From Thermomicrobiales bacterium (GTDB taxonomy: Bacteria; Chloroflexota; Chloroflexia; Thermomicrobiales; UBA6265): a DNA stretch of 64,000 nucleotides. This document shows, one piece after another, positions 1 through 9,780 of the stretch. The first letter of the stretch is position 1, and every line of letters starts with the position of its first letter. The stretch spans positions 20,098-84,097 of the forward strand of contig DASTFJ010000277.1 of NCBI GenBank assembly GCA_035708745.1. Reading direction: 5' to 3'. The notes under the pieces are model-generated. The model was given only the letters and a program-made list of their open reading frames with translations. It did not search any database and was not told the DNA's origin. The position numbers and the translations under genes are program-made.

Positions 1-697
1 GCATCGCGGCTAGTTTCGCGATCCCCGGCATCGACCTCGGCAGGCGATCATACTTGGTCCGCGGTTTGGCTGTTTCTCCTCGCTCCTCACGCTTCACTCG
101 CTGCCATGTCGAAAGCACCGCTTCGGGCGTGTCCGCCGCGTCGTCGCCGAACACATGCGGATGGCGGCGGATCAGCTTGCGATTCACCAGCTCGTACACG
201 TCCTCGATCGTGAAATCGCCGCGCTCTTCCCCGATCTGCGTCAGCAAGGCGACGATCAGCAGCAGATCGCCCAGCTCTCCCGCCAGCTCGGCGGGATCGG
301 CGTCCTCGATCGCGTCGACCACTTCGTACGCTTCTTCGACCACTTTCGGCGCGAGCGATCGCCAGTCCTGCGCGCGGTCCCAGGGACAGCCATTGGGTGA
401 ACGCAGATAGGCGATGATCGTATGAAGACGCTGCGCGCTACGCCACGTTTCATCCGGAGCCAGCGGCGCCACGTCGATTTCCAGCGAACTGTCGTCGCTC
501 ATGCGAGCGGTAACGTTTTCGTAGTGTCCGTAGACGCGCTCCAGCAGCGTCATGACTGCCGGAATGTCGCGCTCCTCGAGTCCAACAACCCGCGTGCGCC
601 GATCTGGTGCGACGTCGAGCAGCGGGCCGCTGAACGGCGCTTTGTCGATGCGCTGCAGCAATTGCTCTGCCGCGATGATCTGGACGGATTCGGTCAC
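1..697 (-). CDS. mazG: MazG-family nucleoside triphosphate pyrophosphohydrolase. The 3' end runs off the window. Start is GTG 697 or ATG 502.
   Basis: My own minus-strand translation; the ORF is absent from the track because it leaves the window. It reads ...RSPNGCPWDRAQDWRSLAPKVVEEAYEVVDAIEDADPAELAGELGDLLLIVALLTQIGEERGDFTIEDVYELVNRKLIRRHPHVFG, which carries the MazG EEAYE / ELGDLL / RRHPHVF motifs. Confidence 0.8.
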   Translation of the reverse strand, partial: MTESVQIIAAEQLLQRIDKAPFSGPLLDVAPDRRTRVVGLEERDIPAVMTLLERVYGHYENVTARMSDDSSLEIDVAPLAPDETWRSAQRLHTIIAYLRSPNGCPWDRAQDWRSLAPKVVEEAYEVVDAIEDADPAELAGELGDLLLIVALLTQIGEERGDFTIEDVYELVNRKLIRRHPHVFGDDAADTPEAVLSTWQRVKREERGETAKPRTKYDRLPRSMPGIAKLAAM

Positions 698-703
698 GGA
701 TGC

Positions 704-2572
704 TTAGCTCTTAGAGTTCTGCGCGCTGTCGTTCAGGCTCAAAACGGCCATGAACGCTTCCTGCGGTATTTCGACGCTGCCCACCATCTTCATGCGCGCC
801 TTGCCTTCCTTCTGCTTTTCCAGCAGCTTGCGCTTGCGGGTGATATCACCGCCATAGCACTTGGCAAGCACGTTCTTGCGCATCGCCTTGACCGTTTCGC
901 GCGCCACGATCCGGCTGCCGATCGAGGCCTGTATTGGCACATCGAACATCTGCCGCGGAATCAATCGCCGGAGCGCATTGACCAGCTCTCGCCCGCGCGA
1001 ATACGCCTCGTCCCGGTGCGTGATGGTTGACAGCGCATCGACCGCCACGCCGTTTACCAGCACATCGAGCTTGACCAGATCGGCCGGCAGCAGCGCATCG
1101 AAGGTGTAGTCGAGCGAGGCGTAACCCTGCGTCCGGCTCTTGAGCTGGTCGTAGAAGTCGATGATGACTTCACCGAGCGGCATCTGAAAATTGAGCTGCA
1201 CCCGGTCCTCATCGAGATAGGTCATTTCTTTGAACGTACCGCGCCGGGTAGTCACCAGTTCCATCACATTGCCGATATAGCGCGCCGGCACGATGATCGT
1301 CAGATTCATCCACGGCTCGCGGATCTCGTCGATCGTGCCGGGGTCGGGGAGATCGGACGGGTTGTCGATGACCCGAATCTCGCCACTATGCATGCGCACT
1401 TCGTATTCCACACTTGGCGCGGTCGTCAGCAGGTCGAGGTTGTATTCTCGCTCCAGCCGTTCCTGCACGATTTCCATATGGAGCAAGCCCAGGAACCCCG
1501 CGCGGAACCCAAATCCCAGCGCCGCCGAGGATTCCGGCTCGTAGACCAGCGAACCGTCATTCAGGCTCAACCGGTCGAGCGCATCCCGAAGCATCGGGTA
1601 TTCCTCGCTATCGACCGGGTAGAGTCCTGCGTAGACCATCGGTTTTGCTGGACGGTATCCTGGCACCGGACCGAGAGCGGGTGTGAGCGCGCTCGTCACG
1701 GTGTCGCCGACCTGTAGATCCTTCACGACCTTCAGACCCGTGGCGATATAGCCAACCTCACCGCAGGAAAGACGCTCGACCGGCACCATCTGGGGAGAGA
1801 AGAACCCCAACTCCAGCACCTCGGATTCCTTACCGGTCGACATCAACCGGATGCGCTCGTCTTCCCCGATCGACCCATCGACCATCTTCACATAAGCGAT
1901 CACACCCTTGTAGGCGTCGTAATGGGAATCGAAAATGAGTCCGCGCGCCGGCGCATCCGGATTGCCAGACGGCGGCGGCATGTGCGCGACGATCGAATCG
2001 AGCACGTCCCGAATACCTACACCGGTTTTCGCCGAAGCCTCGACGACCTCATCGTGGAGTAGGCCGATGACATTCTCCACCTCGTGACGCACCGCTTCCG
2101 GGTTGGCTCCCGGCAAATCGATCTTGTTGATGACGGCGATGATCGCCAGATTTTGTTCGAGCGCCAGATACACATTCGCCAGGGTCTGCGCTTCGATCCC
2201 CTGGCTGGCATCGACGACCAGCAGTGCGCCTTCGCACGCGGCCAGTGACCGGCTGACTTCATATGAGAAGTCGACATGCCCCGGTGTATCGATCAAATTC
2301 AGCTGATAGGGGAGCCCATCGGACGCCGTGTACTGCATGCGCACCGCACGGGCCTTGATCGTGATGCCCTTTTCCCGCTCGAGATCCATGGTGTCGAGAA
2401 CTTGTTGCACCATCTGGCGCGATTCGACGGTCCCAGTGAATTCGAGCAGGCGATCGGCGAGCGTGGACTTGCCATGGTCGATATGCGCGATGATGCTGAA
2501 ATTCCGGATCCGCTCCAGCGGAACCCGGGCAGCGCGAACCGTCCCAACCAGGAGCGAGGCATCGACCGACAT
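704..2572 (-). CDS. lepA: Translation elongation factor 4 (LepA)
   Basis: 622 aa with [29 protein letters not shown] and NKIDL GTPase motifs. The LepA C-terminus is full length. Confidence 0.97.
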   Translation of the reverse strand: MSVDASLLVGTVRAARVPLERIRNFSIIAHIDHGKSTLADRLLEFTGTVESRQMVQQVLDTMDLEREKGITIKARAVRMQYTASDGLPYQLNLIDTPGHVDFSYEVSRSLAACEGALLVVDASQGIEAQTLANVYLALEQNLAIIAVINKIDLPGANPEAVRHEVENVIGLLHDEVVEASAKTGVGIRDVLDSIVAHMPPPSGNPDAPARGLIFDSHYDAYKGVIAYVKMVDGSIGEDERIRLMSTGKESEVLELGFFSPQMVPVERLSCGEVGYIATGLKVVKDLQVGDTVTSALTPALGPVPGYRPAKPMVYAGLYPVDSEEYPMLRDALDRLSLNDGSLVYEPESSAALGFGFRAGFLGLLHMEIVQERLEREYNLDLLTTAPSVEYEVRMHSGEIRVIDNPSDLPDPGTIDEIREPWMNLTIIVPARYIGNVMELVTTRRGTFKEMTYLDEDRVQLNFQMPLGEVIIDFYDQLKSRTQGYASLDYTFDALLPADLVKLDVLVNGVAVDALSTITHRDEAYSRGRELVNALRRLIPRQMFDVPIQASIGSRIVARETVKAMRKNVLAKCYGGDITRKRKLLEKQKEGKARMKMVGSVEIPQEAFMAVLSLNDSAQNSKS

Positions 2573-2613
2573 AGCCAGGATTATAGTCGACTAGCCGGGA
2601 TAGCCAAATTTAC

Positions 2614-4302
2614 TCAACCGATCCTGACCAGCCGTCGAACCCGGCTACGCGCCCGCCCCATTCCATTGCGCGCTTCGGGCACACCAAGCAGCCACGCGGC
2701 CAGGAAATACGCCGCCGCACATGCGCCAATCGCGATGGAGAGCAATCCCAGTTGCACCAGTCGGGTCGCGGAGTCGCCGCTCGTCACCTCATCGAGCTTC
2801 GGCGCTACCAGCTCAGCCACCAGCGCCATGATGCCGGTCGCCATCACGATTTTCGCCAGCCACACCCCGAACCCGGGATCGAGATCGCCAATACGGCGTC
2901 GCAGGATCACCACCAGGATCAATGCCTCGACAAAGGTGCTCAGGCTCAATGCCAGCGCCAGCCCGACATGCCCCATCGAATCCAACAGCGCCTTGCTCAG
3001 CACGATATTGAGCACGATGATGAAGATACCCGCGGCCACCGGCGTGACCGTGTCCTTCATGGCATAGAAAGTCCGCGCCAGCACCTCCACCAGCCCATAC
3101 CAGACCAGCCCCAGCGCCAGAAACGCCAACGGCTCCGATGCCAGGATCGTCGAATTGGCCGTGAAATTCCCGCTTTGGAAGATCGTCTGAAACAGCGAGG
3201 TTCGAAATTCGAACAAACCGATCGATGCCGGCACGAGCAGGAAGAGCAGAGGGTGCAAACCGCGTTGCAGGGTGCGCCGGAAGCCGGCGATATCGCCCAG
3301 CTCGAACTGCGCGGCCATCGTCGGAAACACCACGGTGCCGATACTCAACGCCAGCACCCCGTTTGGCAACATCAACATCTGCCAGGCGTAGTTCAGTGCC
3401 GACACACTTCCTTCGCCAGTTTGCGATGCGAAATGATTTACCGCCACGAAGTTGATTTGAAACGCCGCCTGACCGATCACCCGCGGCATGAGCAAAACAC
3501 CGACCTCAGCCAGACCGGCGACATTCCGCGACAACGTTGGACGGAATGTCAACCCTGTCCGAATGACGCCCGGAATCTGAATCCCGACATGCAGTGCCGC
3601 GCCGATCAGCACCCCGATCGTGACTCCTTCGATGCCATATCGCGGGGCCAGAAAGAGGGCTGCCAGGACAATCGCAAGGTTGTACACGACCGGCGCGAGC
3701 GCAGGCAGCGTGAACTTGAGATGCGTTTCCAGGATGCCCTTGGCCGCAATGCCCATTCCAAGCAACAGCGGCGACAACAACAGCATCCGCATAGTCTTGA
3801 TCGCCAGATCCATCGCGTCCGGCGGCAAATCCGGTGCCACCACATAGCGCATCAATGGGCCTGCAAAAACGAAGGTGATCGCGCCGAGCAAGATCGTCGC
3901 CAGCGCGGTCCAGGTAATCACCGCCGAAGCAAGGCGGTCGGCCGCGTCTTTCTCGTTGCGCGCCAGAAACCCACCGAAGACCGGAATGAATGCGGCCCCA
4001 AATGCGCCCGACATAATGACCAGAAAGAGAAGATCGGGAATACGAAACGCGCTGACGTACGCGTCGTAATCGCTGGAGGTTCCGAACCGGTTCGCCAGGA
4101 TGATCTCGCGCAACAGACCGAGCACGCGGCTCGCCATGAACGCGATGCCGATAATGATCGCGCTGCGCGCCATCGAGGTGCTGGCTGGCGTCACTTCGCC
4201 CGCGGTGTAGATATCGCCTTCGCCGAACGAGAACTCGTCGATCGGGTCGTCCACAAAGTCATCGATCCACGTCGCTGGTTTGGCGTTGCTGCGGGGCGCC
4301 AC
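2614..4302 (-). CDS. murJ: Lipid II flippase MurJ/MviN
   Basis: 562 aa polytopic membrane protein. The N-terminal SRVLGLLREIILANRFGTSSDYDAYVSAFRIPDLLF is the MurJ signature. Confidence 0.9.
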   Translation of the reverse strand: MAPRSNAKPATWIDDFVDDPIDEFSFGEGDIYTAGEVTPASTSMARSAIIIGIAFMASRVLGLLREIILANRFGTSSDYDAYVSAFRIPDLLFLVIMSGAFGAAFIPVFGGFLARNEKDAADRLASAVITWTALATILLGAITFVFAGPLMRYVVAPDLPPDAMDLAIKTMRMLLLSPLLLGMGIAAKGILETHLKFTLPALAPVVYNLAIVLAALFLAPRYGIEGVTIGVLIGAALHVGIQIPGVIRTGLTFRPTLSRNVAGLAEVGVLLMPRVIGQAAFQINFVAVNHFASQTGEGSVSALNYAWQMLMLPNGVLALSIGTVVFPTMAAQFELGDIAGFRRTLQRGLHPLLFLLVPASIGLFEFRTSLFQTIFQSGNFTANSTILASEPLAFLALGLVWYGLVEVLARTFYAMKDTVTPVAAGIFIIVLNIVLSKALLDSMGHVGLALALSLSTFVEALILVVILRRRIGDLDPGFGVWLAKIVMATGIMALVAELVAPKLDEVTSGDSATRLVQLGLLSIAIGACAAAYFLAAWLLGVPEARNGMGRARSRVRRLVRIG

Positions 4303-4408
4303 TGTTTGTTACTATTGCCCTTCTGCGACGCGATGAGCGGGCGCAGCTTCGTGGTGTCGAATTGCTGCGAGGCTCATGGATTTCTGACTCGATAGAGGTG
4401 ATTCGAAA

Positions 4409-4678
4409 TTGGCGAATAACAAGTCGGCTGAGAAGCGTATCAGGGTTAACGAGCAAAAGCGACTCCGCAATCGTCCCTATCGCACCGAAGCTCGGACCTA
4501 CGTGAAAAAGGCCGAGCTTGCGATTCGACAGGGCGACGCAGACCTTGCCGCCGGTGCAGTGGGCGATGCCATCAGCACGCTCGACCGCGTCGCGAACCGC
4601 GGCGTCATCCACCCGAATAACGCGGCGCGGCGCAAGTCCCGCCTCATGAAGAAGTACAACATCCTCATCGCGAGCTAA
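4409..4678 (+). CDS. rpsT: 30S ribosomal protein S20
   Basis: 89 aa starting MANNKSAEKRIRVNEQKRLRNRPYRTEARTYVKKAE. TTG start, with AGAGGTGA RBS 7 nt upstream. Confidence 0.95.
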   Translation: MANNKSAEKRIRVNEQKRLRNRPYRTEARTYVKKAELAIRQGDADLAAGAVGDAISTLDRVANRGVIHPNNAARRKSRLMKKYNILIAS

Positions 4679-4761
4679 TCGTCATCCCGAACTGAGTCGA
4701 GGGGCCTCTCTCGTGCTCGCACAGATGACTAGTCGCGCTTGTGGCGATCAAGACAAAGAAC

Positions 4762-4792
4762 AACCGGTAGCAGATCCGCTACCGGTTTTTTG
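4762..4792. terminator. Bidirectional intrinsic terminator between rpsT and holA
   Basis: Perfect 10-bp stem AACCGGTAGC / GCTACCGGTT with loop AGATCC. It is followed by TTTTTT on the plus strand and GTTCTTTGTCTT on the minus strand. The holA stop codon lies inside the stem. Confidence 0.8.
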
Positions 4793-5801
4793 TTGGCGTC
4801 GTTACGCGTACGACCAGTTCGACCAGCGTCTCGTCCGGATTCCGCAGCCGCCCCGACTTCATTCGCCGGTCGGTCTCCAGCGCAAGTTCGAGCTGCCGGG
4901 CCGGCTTCACCCGTCCTCGTTGAGCCGACTCGGTGACGCGCGACATGCGGTAGGCAGTATTGATGCCAAGCGCCCGTCCGGCCTGGAGCGGATCCACCGG
5001 CCGGCCGCTCGCCACGGCGCCAACCGCCAGCTCGACCTGTTGATAAATCTGATTCAACATTCGGCTGGGTTCCTCACCCGCGCGCATGGCGCTCTCGACG
5101 TGCGCCAGCGCTCCCCGCTGATTCCCAGCGATGACCGCATCCAGCAGGGGAAAGATCCGGTCCTCCCCCCGCTGCGGAACCAGATCATCGACGAGTTGAC
5201 TCGTGATCGCATCCGGATACGCGGCCAGCGCCAGTTTGCCGATCTCCGATTCGATCTGCTCGACCGAAGGTGGCTTGTCGAACGCTCGATTCTGCGGGGC
5301 CTGCATCCAGTATCCGGGGAATAACCGGTCCAGCAGCCTTCGCGCTGTTTCACCGTCGATACGCGAGCCGTTGGTCTCCGCAAGGTGCGCTACCAGCTCC
5401 AAGAGTGTATTGCCCCGTGGGGCGTCGTTGGCCGCGAATTCGACGTCCTTGGGAAGCTGCTTGCGAACGGTCGCGCTCAATTCGCCCAGATCGGGCTCGA
5501 AGAGCACCAGCGTCGTCGTCTCTGGGATCGCTGCCACCAGTCGACCCACGTCGCTGTCAGCCTTTCCCTTGCTCCCACGGCCACCCTTGGTAGCAGGTTG
5601 CGGAAGCAGACCGGTCAGCACGATCACGCGGCGACTGCCAAAAAACGGAACGGCCGTCACGGCGGCAAAGATCGCATCGAACGAGCTGGTCGCCGCGTCG
5701 ATTCGGTCGGTATCCAATCCATTGGGATCAGCGTCGGCTAGCACTCGATCGAGCGCCTTCCGCGCAAGCGCTCGATCCGGACCAACAATGACATGCAGCA
5801 C
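4779..5801 (-). CDS. holA: DNA polymerase III delta subunit
   Basis: 340 aa. The N-terminus (MLHVIVGPD...PFFGSRRVIVL) and overall length fit the HolA family. Confidence 0.8.
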   Translation of the reverse strand: MLHVIVGPDRALARKALDRVLADADPNGLDTDRIDAATSSFDAIFAAVTAVPFFGSRRVIVLTGLLPQPATKGGRGSKGKADSDVGRLVAAIPETTTLVLFEPDLGELSATVRKQLPKDVEFAANDAPRGNTLLELVAHLAETNGSRIDGETARRLLDRLFPGYWMQAPQNRAFDKPPSVEQIESEIGKLALAAYPDAITSQLVDDLVPQRGEDRIFPLLDAVIAGNQRGALAHVESAMRAGEEPSRMLNQIYQQVELAVGAVASGRPVDPLQAGRALGINTAYRMSRVTESAQRGRVKPARQLELALETDRRMKSGRLRNPDETLVELVVRVTTPTKNR

Positions 5802-6116
5802 GATCTGGAGCTCCTGAGAGTGAGGGCCGACCCCGCAATGCCGTGTGTGGCGGAGTCCTGAACCTGCATGAGCAGGTGGGAGCCACTCATGGCAGCTCCC
5901 GACTCTTGTGATTTATCGGCTCACGACCACGCCACGATGCACGCACACCGCAGAGTCGACAGGGCAAGAGCGTACACCACCGTCCTCCTCTTCTGCCCAA
6001 TTGGAATGCGATACTTTTCGACTGCGAACCCGCATGCGCGCGGTTCATCGTGGTCGCCGGCCCAGCGCCGGCGAAAAAACCAACAGGCATGCGCCGGTCG
6101 AATCAGGAGCATTTCG

Positions 6117-7367
6117 ATGACAACCTCAACGGCGCGCCGCCGCGTCGTCATTACCGGAGTCGGCGCCATCTCACCCGTCGGTCTCGATGCCGAAACGACT
6201 TGGGCCAATCTGCTGGCCGGCGTTTCGGGAATCGGTCCGATCACTCGTTTCGACGCCACCGATTACAAAACGCGATTCGCGGGCGAGGTCAAAGGCTTCG
6301 ATCCCGACGCCGCTGTTGGCAAAAAAGACTCCCGCCGTATGGACCGTTATTGCCAGCTCGGCGTCGCCGCCGCGATCCAGGCCGCGGAAAGCGCCTGCCT
6401 CGCCTCCAGCCCGCCCGATCCCAATCGAACCGGCGCCCTCATTGCGACCGGCATGGGCGCGATCGAAACGATCGAAACCGGCATGGAAACACTGTTGGCG
6501 CAGGGGCCCGGCCGCATCGGCCCGTTCTTCATGCCGATGATGCTGGCGAACATGGCAAGCGGTCACGTCTCCATGCGGCTAAACGCCCGCGGTCCGAACA
6601 TGGCAACGGTCTCCGCCTGCGCCAGCTCCGCCCACGCCATCGGTGAAAGCATGCGCTGGATCCGCGACGATATGGCAGACATCGTCTACGCCGGCGGTTG
6701 TGAAGCGCCGGTCTCCCGCTTGAGCGTCGCCGGCTTCAATGCCATGAACGCGCTCTCCACCCGCAACGACGACCCCACCGCCGCCAGTCGCCCATTCGAT
6801 CTCGACCGCGATGGGTTCGTGGTGGGCGAAGGCGCCGCGGTCCTGGTGCTGGAGGAACGCGAGCATGCCATCGCTCGCGGCGCGACGATCCTCGCCGAAG
6901 TCGCCGGCTACGGCGCGACCGACGATGCCAACCACATCGTCCAGCCGGCTCCAGAGGGAGAAGGCGCGACCCGCGCGATGAAGATCGCCATGGCCGACGC
7001 CGGGATCGCCCCGGCAGAGGTCCACTACCTCAACGCCCACGGCACCTCCACCCAGCTCAACGAAAAATTCGAAACCCAGGCAATCAAAGGCGCCTATGGT
7101 GAGGCCGCATTCCAGCTCGCCATCAGCTCGACCAAGTCGATGACCGGTCATTTGCTCGGCGCCGCCGGTGCAATGGAAGCCGTCATCTCGACCCTCGCCA
7201 TCCGCGACCAGATTGCTCCCCCCACCATCAACTACCAGACCCCAGATCCCGCCTGTGATCTCGACTACATCCCCAACTCCGCCCGCAAGCTCGAAATCGC
7301 CACGGTCATGACGAATTCGATGGGTTTCGGCGGCCACAACGTCTCACTGATTCTGAGAGCTCCTTGA
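6117..7367 (+). CDS. fabF: Beta-ketoacyl-ACP synthase II
   Basis: Starts RRVVITGVGAISPVGL and contains the active-site region ATVSACASSAHAIG, HGTSTQLNE and MGFGGHNVSLIL. I chose ATG 6117; the 83-codon upstream extension in the track has no homology. Confidence 0.93.
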   Translation: MTTSTARRRVVITGVGAISPVGLDAETTWANLLAGVSGIGPITRFDATDYKTRFAGEVKGFDPDAAVGKKDSRRMDRYCQLGVAAAIQAAESACLASSPPDPNRTGALIATGMGAIETIETGMETLLAQGPGRIGPFFMPMMLANMASGHVSMRLNARGPNMATVSACASSAHAIGESMRWIRDDMADIVYAGGCEAPVSRLSVAGFNAMNALSTRNDDPTAASRPFDLDRDGFVVGEGAAVLVLEEREHAIARGATILAEVAGYGATDDANHIVQPAPEGEGATRAMKIAMADAGIAPAEVHYLNAHGTSTQLNEKFETQAIKGAYGEAAFQLAISSTKSMTGHLLGAAGAMEAVISTLAIRDQIAPPTINYQTPDPACDLDYIPNSARKLEIATVMTNSMGFGGHNVSLILRAP

Positions 7368-7403
7368 GCCTTGAGTCCTGAGCCCTGAGTCCTGAGTCCT
7401 GAG
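7362..7403. repeat. Heptanucleotide tandem repeat, 6 units of (Y)CCTGAG / CCTTGAG
   Basis: Reads CCTTGAG CCTTGAG TCCTGAG CCCTGAG TCCTGAG TCCTGAG directly in sequence. The first unit contains the fabF TGA stop. Confidence 0.9.
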
Positions 7404-7498
7404 ACGATCGTAGTGACGGGCCTCTGTGCCCTCCCGTCTCTGCGCCGTTTCCGCGCAAGCGACGCTGGGAAAATGCTCGCGGATGACCGGAACAAAGC

Positions 7499-7528
7499 AA
7501 CGCCCCGGCAACATCCTGCCGGGGCGTT
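7499..7528 (-). terminator. Intrinsic terminator of rpoD
   Basis: 12-bp stem AACGCCCCGGCA / TGCCGGGGCGTT with loop ACATCC. On the minus strand it is followed by GCTTTGTT. Confidence 0.7.
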
Positions 7529-7563
7529 GAACGTCTCAGGACCCAGAACCCATGGCTCAGGCC

Positions 7564-8694
7564 CTAATCGAGATACCCTCGCAGTTGCCTGCTATACGAA
7601 GGATGTCGCAACTTCCGCAATGCCTTGGCCTCGATCTGACGAATCCGCTCCCGGGTGATGCCGAACTCCCGTCCGACTTCTTCCAGGGTCCGGAACTTGC
7701 CATCTTCGAGCCCGAAGCGCAGCACGATGATCCGCCGCTCCCGCTCGCTCAGCTTGTCGAGCGCCTCCGCAATCTGCATTTTCAGAAGCTGGTGCGATGC
7801 CAGCTCCACCGGCGGAGTCAGTGCGCTGTCTTCGATGAAATCCCCCAGAAACGCTTCACCGTCCTGGCCGACCGGTGCCTCCAGCGAGATCGGATGCCGG
7901 CTGACGTCCAGCACCTGCCGCACCTTTTCATCGGTCATGTCCATCGCCCGGCCGATTTCCTCGGCCGTCGGTTCGCGCTCGTAGATCTGTTGCAAGCGGT
8001 GCGATGTCTTCCGCACGCGGTTGATCGTCTCCCCGACATGAACCGGCAATCGGATCGTCCGGCTCTGATCGGAGATCGAGCGCGTGATCGCCTGGCGAAT
8101 CCACCAGGTCGCATACGTGCTGAACTTGAAGCCGCGCTTGTAATCGAACTTGTCGGTCGCTTTCATGAGACCGATGTTCCCTTCCTGGATCAGATCCAGA
8201 AACGACATGCCGCGTCCCACATATCGCTTTGCAACCGATACGACCAACCGCAAATTGGCCTGAATCAAGTGAGCTCGGGCACGTTCGCCGTCTTCCACCA
8301 GTCCAAGGAGTTGTTTTCGCTCCAGGAGAGAAATGTTCTCGGCTTCGACGAGTTGCGCCTGCGCGAACTTGCCCAGCTCGATGCGTTTCGAGAGATCGAC
8401 TTCGCCTTGCATCGTCAGCAGGTCGGTTTCGCCGATCTGCTGCAAATACAGCCGCACCGAATCGCCCACACCCGAGGGCTGATCAGCCGGTTCCAGCCGT
8501 TCTTCATGCGCACGCCTGCGGTCGGATTCCAAATGCGCCGGCGCCTGCTCGAGAACTTCGATTCCTTCGGTCACGAGCGAGGTATAGAGTTGATCGAGAT
8601 GCTCGATCTGATCCTCGGCGTTTGGAAAGAGCGTCAGAAGGTCGTCGGTTAGCAGGTATCCCTGCGAGCGCCCTTTTTCGAGTAGATCGGACAT
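7564..8694 (-). CDS. rpoD: Primary RNA polymerase sigma factor (sigma-70, RpoD/SigA)
   Basis: Regions 1.2 to 4.2 are present: [45 protein letters not shown] and [20 protein letters not shown]. Start is ATG 8694 (MSDLLEKG) or 8712. Confidence 0.95.
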   Translation of the reverse strand: MSDLLEKGRSQGYLLTDDLLTLFPNAEDQIEHLDQLYTSLVTEGIEVLEQAPAHLESDRRRAHEERLEPADQPSGVGDSVRLYLQQIGETDLLTMQGEVDLSKRIELGKFAQAQLVEAENISLLERKQLLGLVEDGERARAHLIQANLRLVVSVAKRYVGRGMSFLDLIQEGNIGLMKATDKFDYKRGFKFSTYATWWIRQAITRSISDQSRTIRLPVHVGETINRVRKTSHRLQQIYEREPTAEEIGRAMDMTDEKVRQVLDVSRHPISLEAPVGQDGEAFLGDFIEDSALTPPVELASHQLLKMQIAEALDKLSERERRIIVLRFGLEDGKFRTLEEVGREFGITRERIRQIEAKALRKLRHPSYSRQLRGYLD

Positions 8695-8767
8695 GATGAC
8701 TTCCTGCCACATTGACGAACTTCGATCCGCGCGACAGCGAATGGATCAAAGCTGCGGGTATCGCCAC

Positions 8768-8804
8768 AAAAAAAACATCCCGAGGACAGACGCACCTGGG
8801 ATGT
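8768..8804 (-). terminator. Strong intrinsic terminator upstream of rpoD, with no coding gene upstream on this strand
   Basis: The minus strand reads ACATCCC-AGG-TGCGTCTGT-CCT-C-GGGATGT followed by eight T residues. It lies about 75 nt upstream of the rpoD ATG. Confidence 0.75.
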
Positions 8805-8896
8805 CGCTAGTGTTGCTCTTCAGTTGTCGATGCTCGGCGTCGAGCACACGTCCATATGCGTGAGATCTCGCTCGAAAAATCAATAGCTTCGCGTTA
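8768..8896 (-). ncRNA. Candidate sRNA or attenuating leader of about 130 nt. Hypothetical; bounded by a predicted promoter and the orphan terminator.
   Basis: Minus-strand promoter TTGAAA-N17-TATTCT at 8903-8931, then several small hairpins, then the 8-U terminator. There is no RBS-preceded ORF. Confidence 0.3.
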
Positions 8897-8902
8897 GTGA
8901 CC

Positions 8903-8931
8903 AGAATAGCAGTTAGTGAACGGTATTTCAA
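8903..8931 (-). promoter_or_regulatory. Predicted sigma-70 promoter (TTGAAA-N17-TATTCT) flanked by TCACTAAC direct repeats
   Basis: The plus strand shows TTTCAA at 8926-8931 and AGAATA at 8903-8908, with a 17-nt spacer. GTTAGTGA occurs twice, at 8893-8900 and 8912-8919. Confidence 0.4.
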
Positions 8932-8950
8932 TGAATTGAAAACTGTTCAC
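8916..8950. promoter_or_regulatory. 35-bp near-perfect palindrome (candidate operator) in the rpoD/yebC divergent region
   Basis: GTGAACGGTATTTCAATGAATTGAAAACTGTTCAC. The outer arms GTGAACgGT/ACtGTTCAC and the inner TTCAAT/ATTGAA are inverted repeats. Confidence 0.5.
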
Positions 8951-9025
8951 AAGCGGTCTGTCCGCGGGGCAATGCTATACTTCGCCGGTTGTACGACGCA
9001 CGCAGTTTCCAAGGAACGAACATCG

Positions 9026-9772
9026 ATGTCGGGACATTCCAAGTGGGCAACGATCAAGCGCTCGAAGGGCGCCAATGATCAAAAGCGTGGTCAGCTTTTC
9101 ACCAAGCTCGCCCGCGAGATCACCGTGGCTGCCCGCTCCGGCGTTCCTGATCCCGATGCCAACGCCCGCCTCCGCATTGCCATTCAAAAAGCTCGCGCCG
9201 AGAACATGCCCAAGGACAACATCGACCGGGCGATAGAGCGCGCCACCGGAGCTGGCAACGCCGATAACTTCGACGAGATTTCGTACGAGGGCTATGCACC
9301 TGGCGGAATCGCCGTCGTCATTCGCGCTTTGACCGACAATCGCAACCGCACCGTCGGCGAAGTCCGTTCTGCGCTCACCCGCGCTGGCGGAACACTCGGC
9401 GAATCCGGCAGCGTTGCCTGGATGTTCGACAATGTCGGTTTGATTACAGTCGATCCGGACGGCGGTGATCCGGAAGAGATCGCCCTGGTCGCAATCGACG
9501 CCGGCGCCGACGACGTCTCGATCGACGATGACGGCATCGAGGTCTATACCGAAGTGCAGAATCTACACGTCGTCCAGGATGCGCTCGTCTCGGCCGGCAT
9601 CGCCGTCAATTCCGCCGACCCAATCATGAAACCCAAGGCAACCGTCACCCCCGACAGCGCCTCGGCCATCAAGGTCGTCAAGCTGCTCGAAAAACTGGAA
9701 GATCTCGACGACGTCCAGACGGTCTATTCCAATCTCGAATTTACCGACGAGTTGCTCGCCGAAGCCAGCTAA
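9026..9772 (+). CDS. yebC: YebC/PmpR family DNA-binding transcriptional regulator
   Basis: Starts [32 protein letters not shown], the YebC signature N-terminus. I chose ATG 9026. Confidence 0.93.
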   Translation: MSGHSKWATIKRSKGANDQKRGQLFTKLAREITVAARSGVPDPDANARLRIAIQKARAENMPKDNIDRAIERATGAGNADNFDEISYEGYAPGGIAVVIRALTDNRNRTVGEVRSALTRAGGTLGESGSVAWMFDNVGLITVDPDGGDPEEIALVAIDAGADDVSIDDDGIEVYTEVQNLHVVQDALVSAGIAVNSADPIMKPKATVTPDSASAIKVVKLLEKLEDLDDVQTVYSNLEFTDELLAEAS

Positions 9773-9780
9773 CCGGATCA

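Noticed and set aside
2752-4395. 547-aa plus-strand ORF
   Set aside because: It is antisense to murJ. The composition is R/H/Q-rich with no domain. GC artefact.
5868-6116. 83-codon N-terminal extension of fabF in the ORF track
   Set aside because: The extension has no KAS homology. Conserved FabF begins at MTTSTARRRVVITG (ATG 6117). The 315-bp holA/fabF spacer has some hairpins, but I could not support a feature there.
8916-8950. GAAC...GTTC palindrome considered as a LexA box
   Set aside because: The arms are separated by 23 nt rather than 4, so it does not fit the Cheo box. It is kept only as a generic operator-like palindrome.
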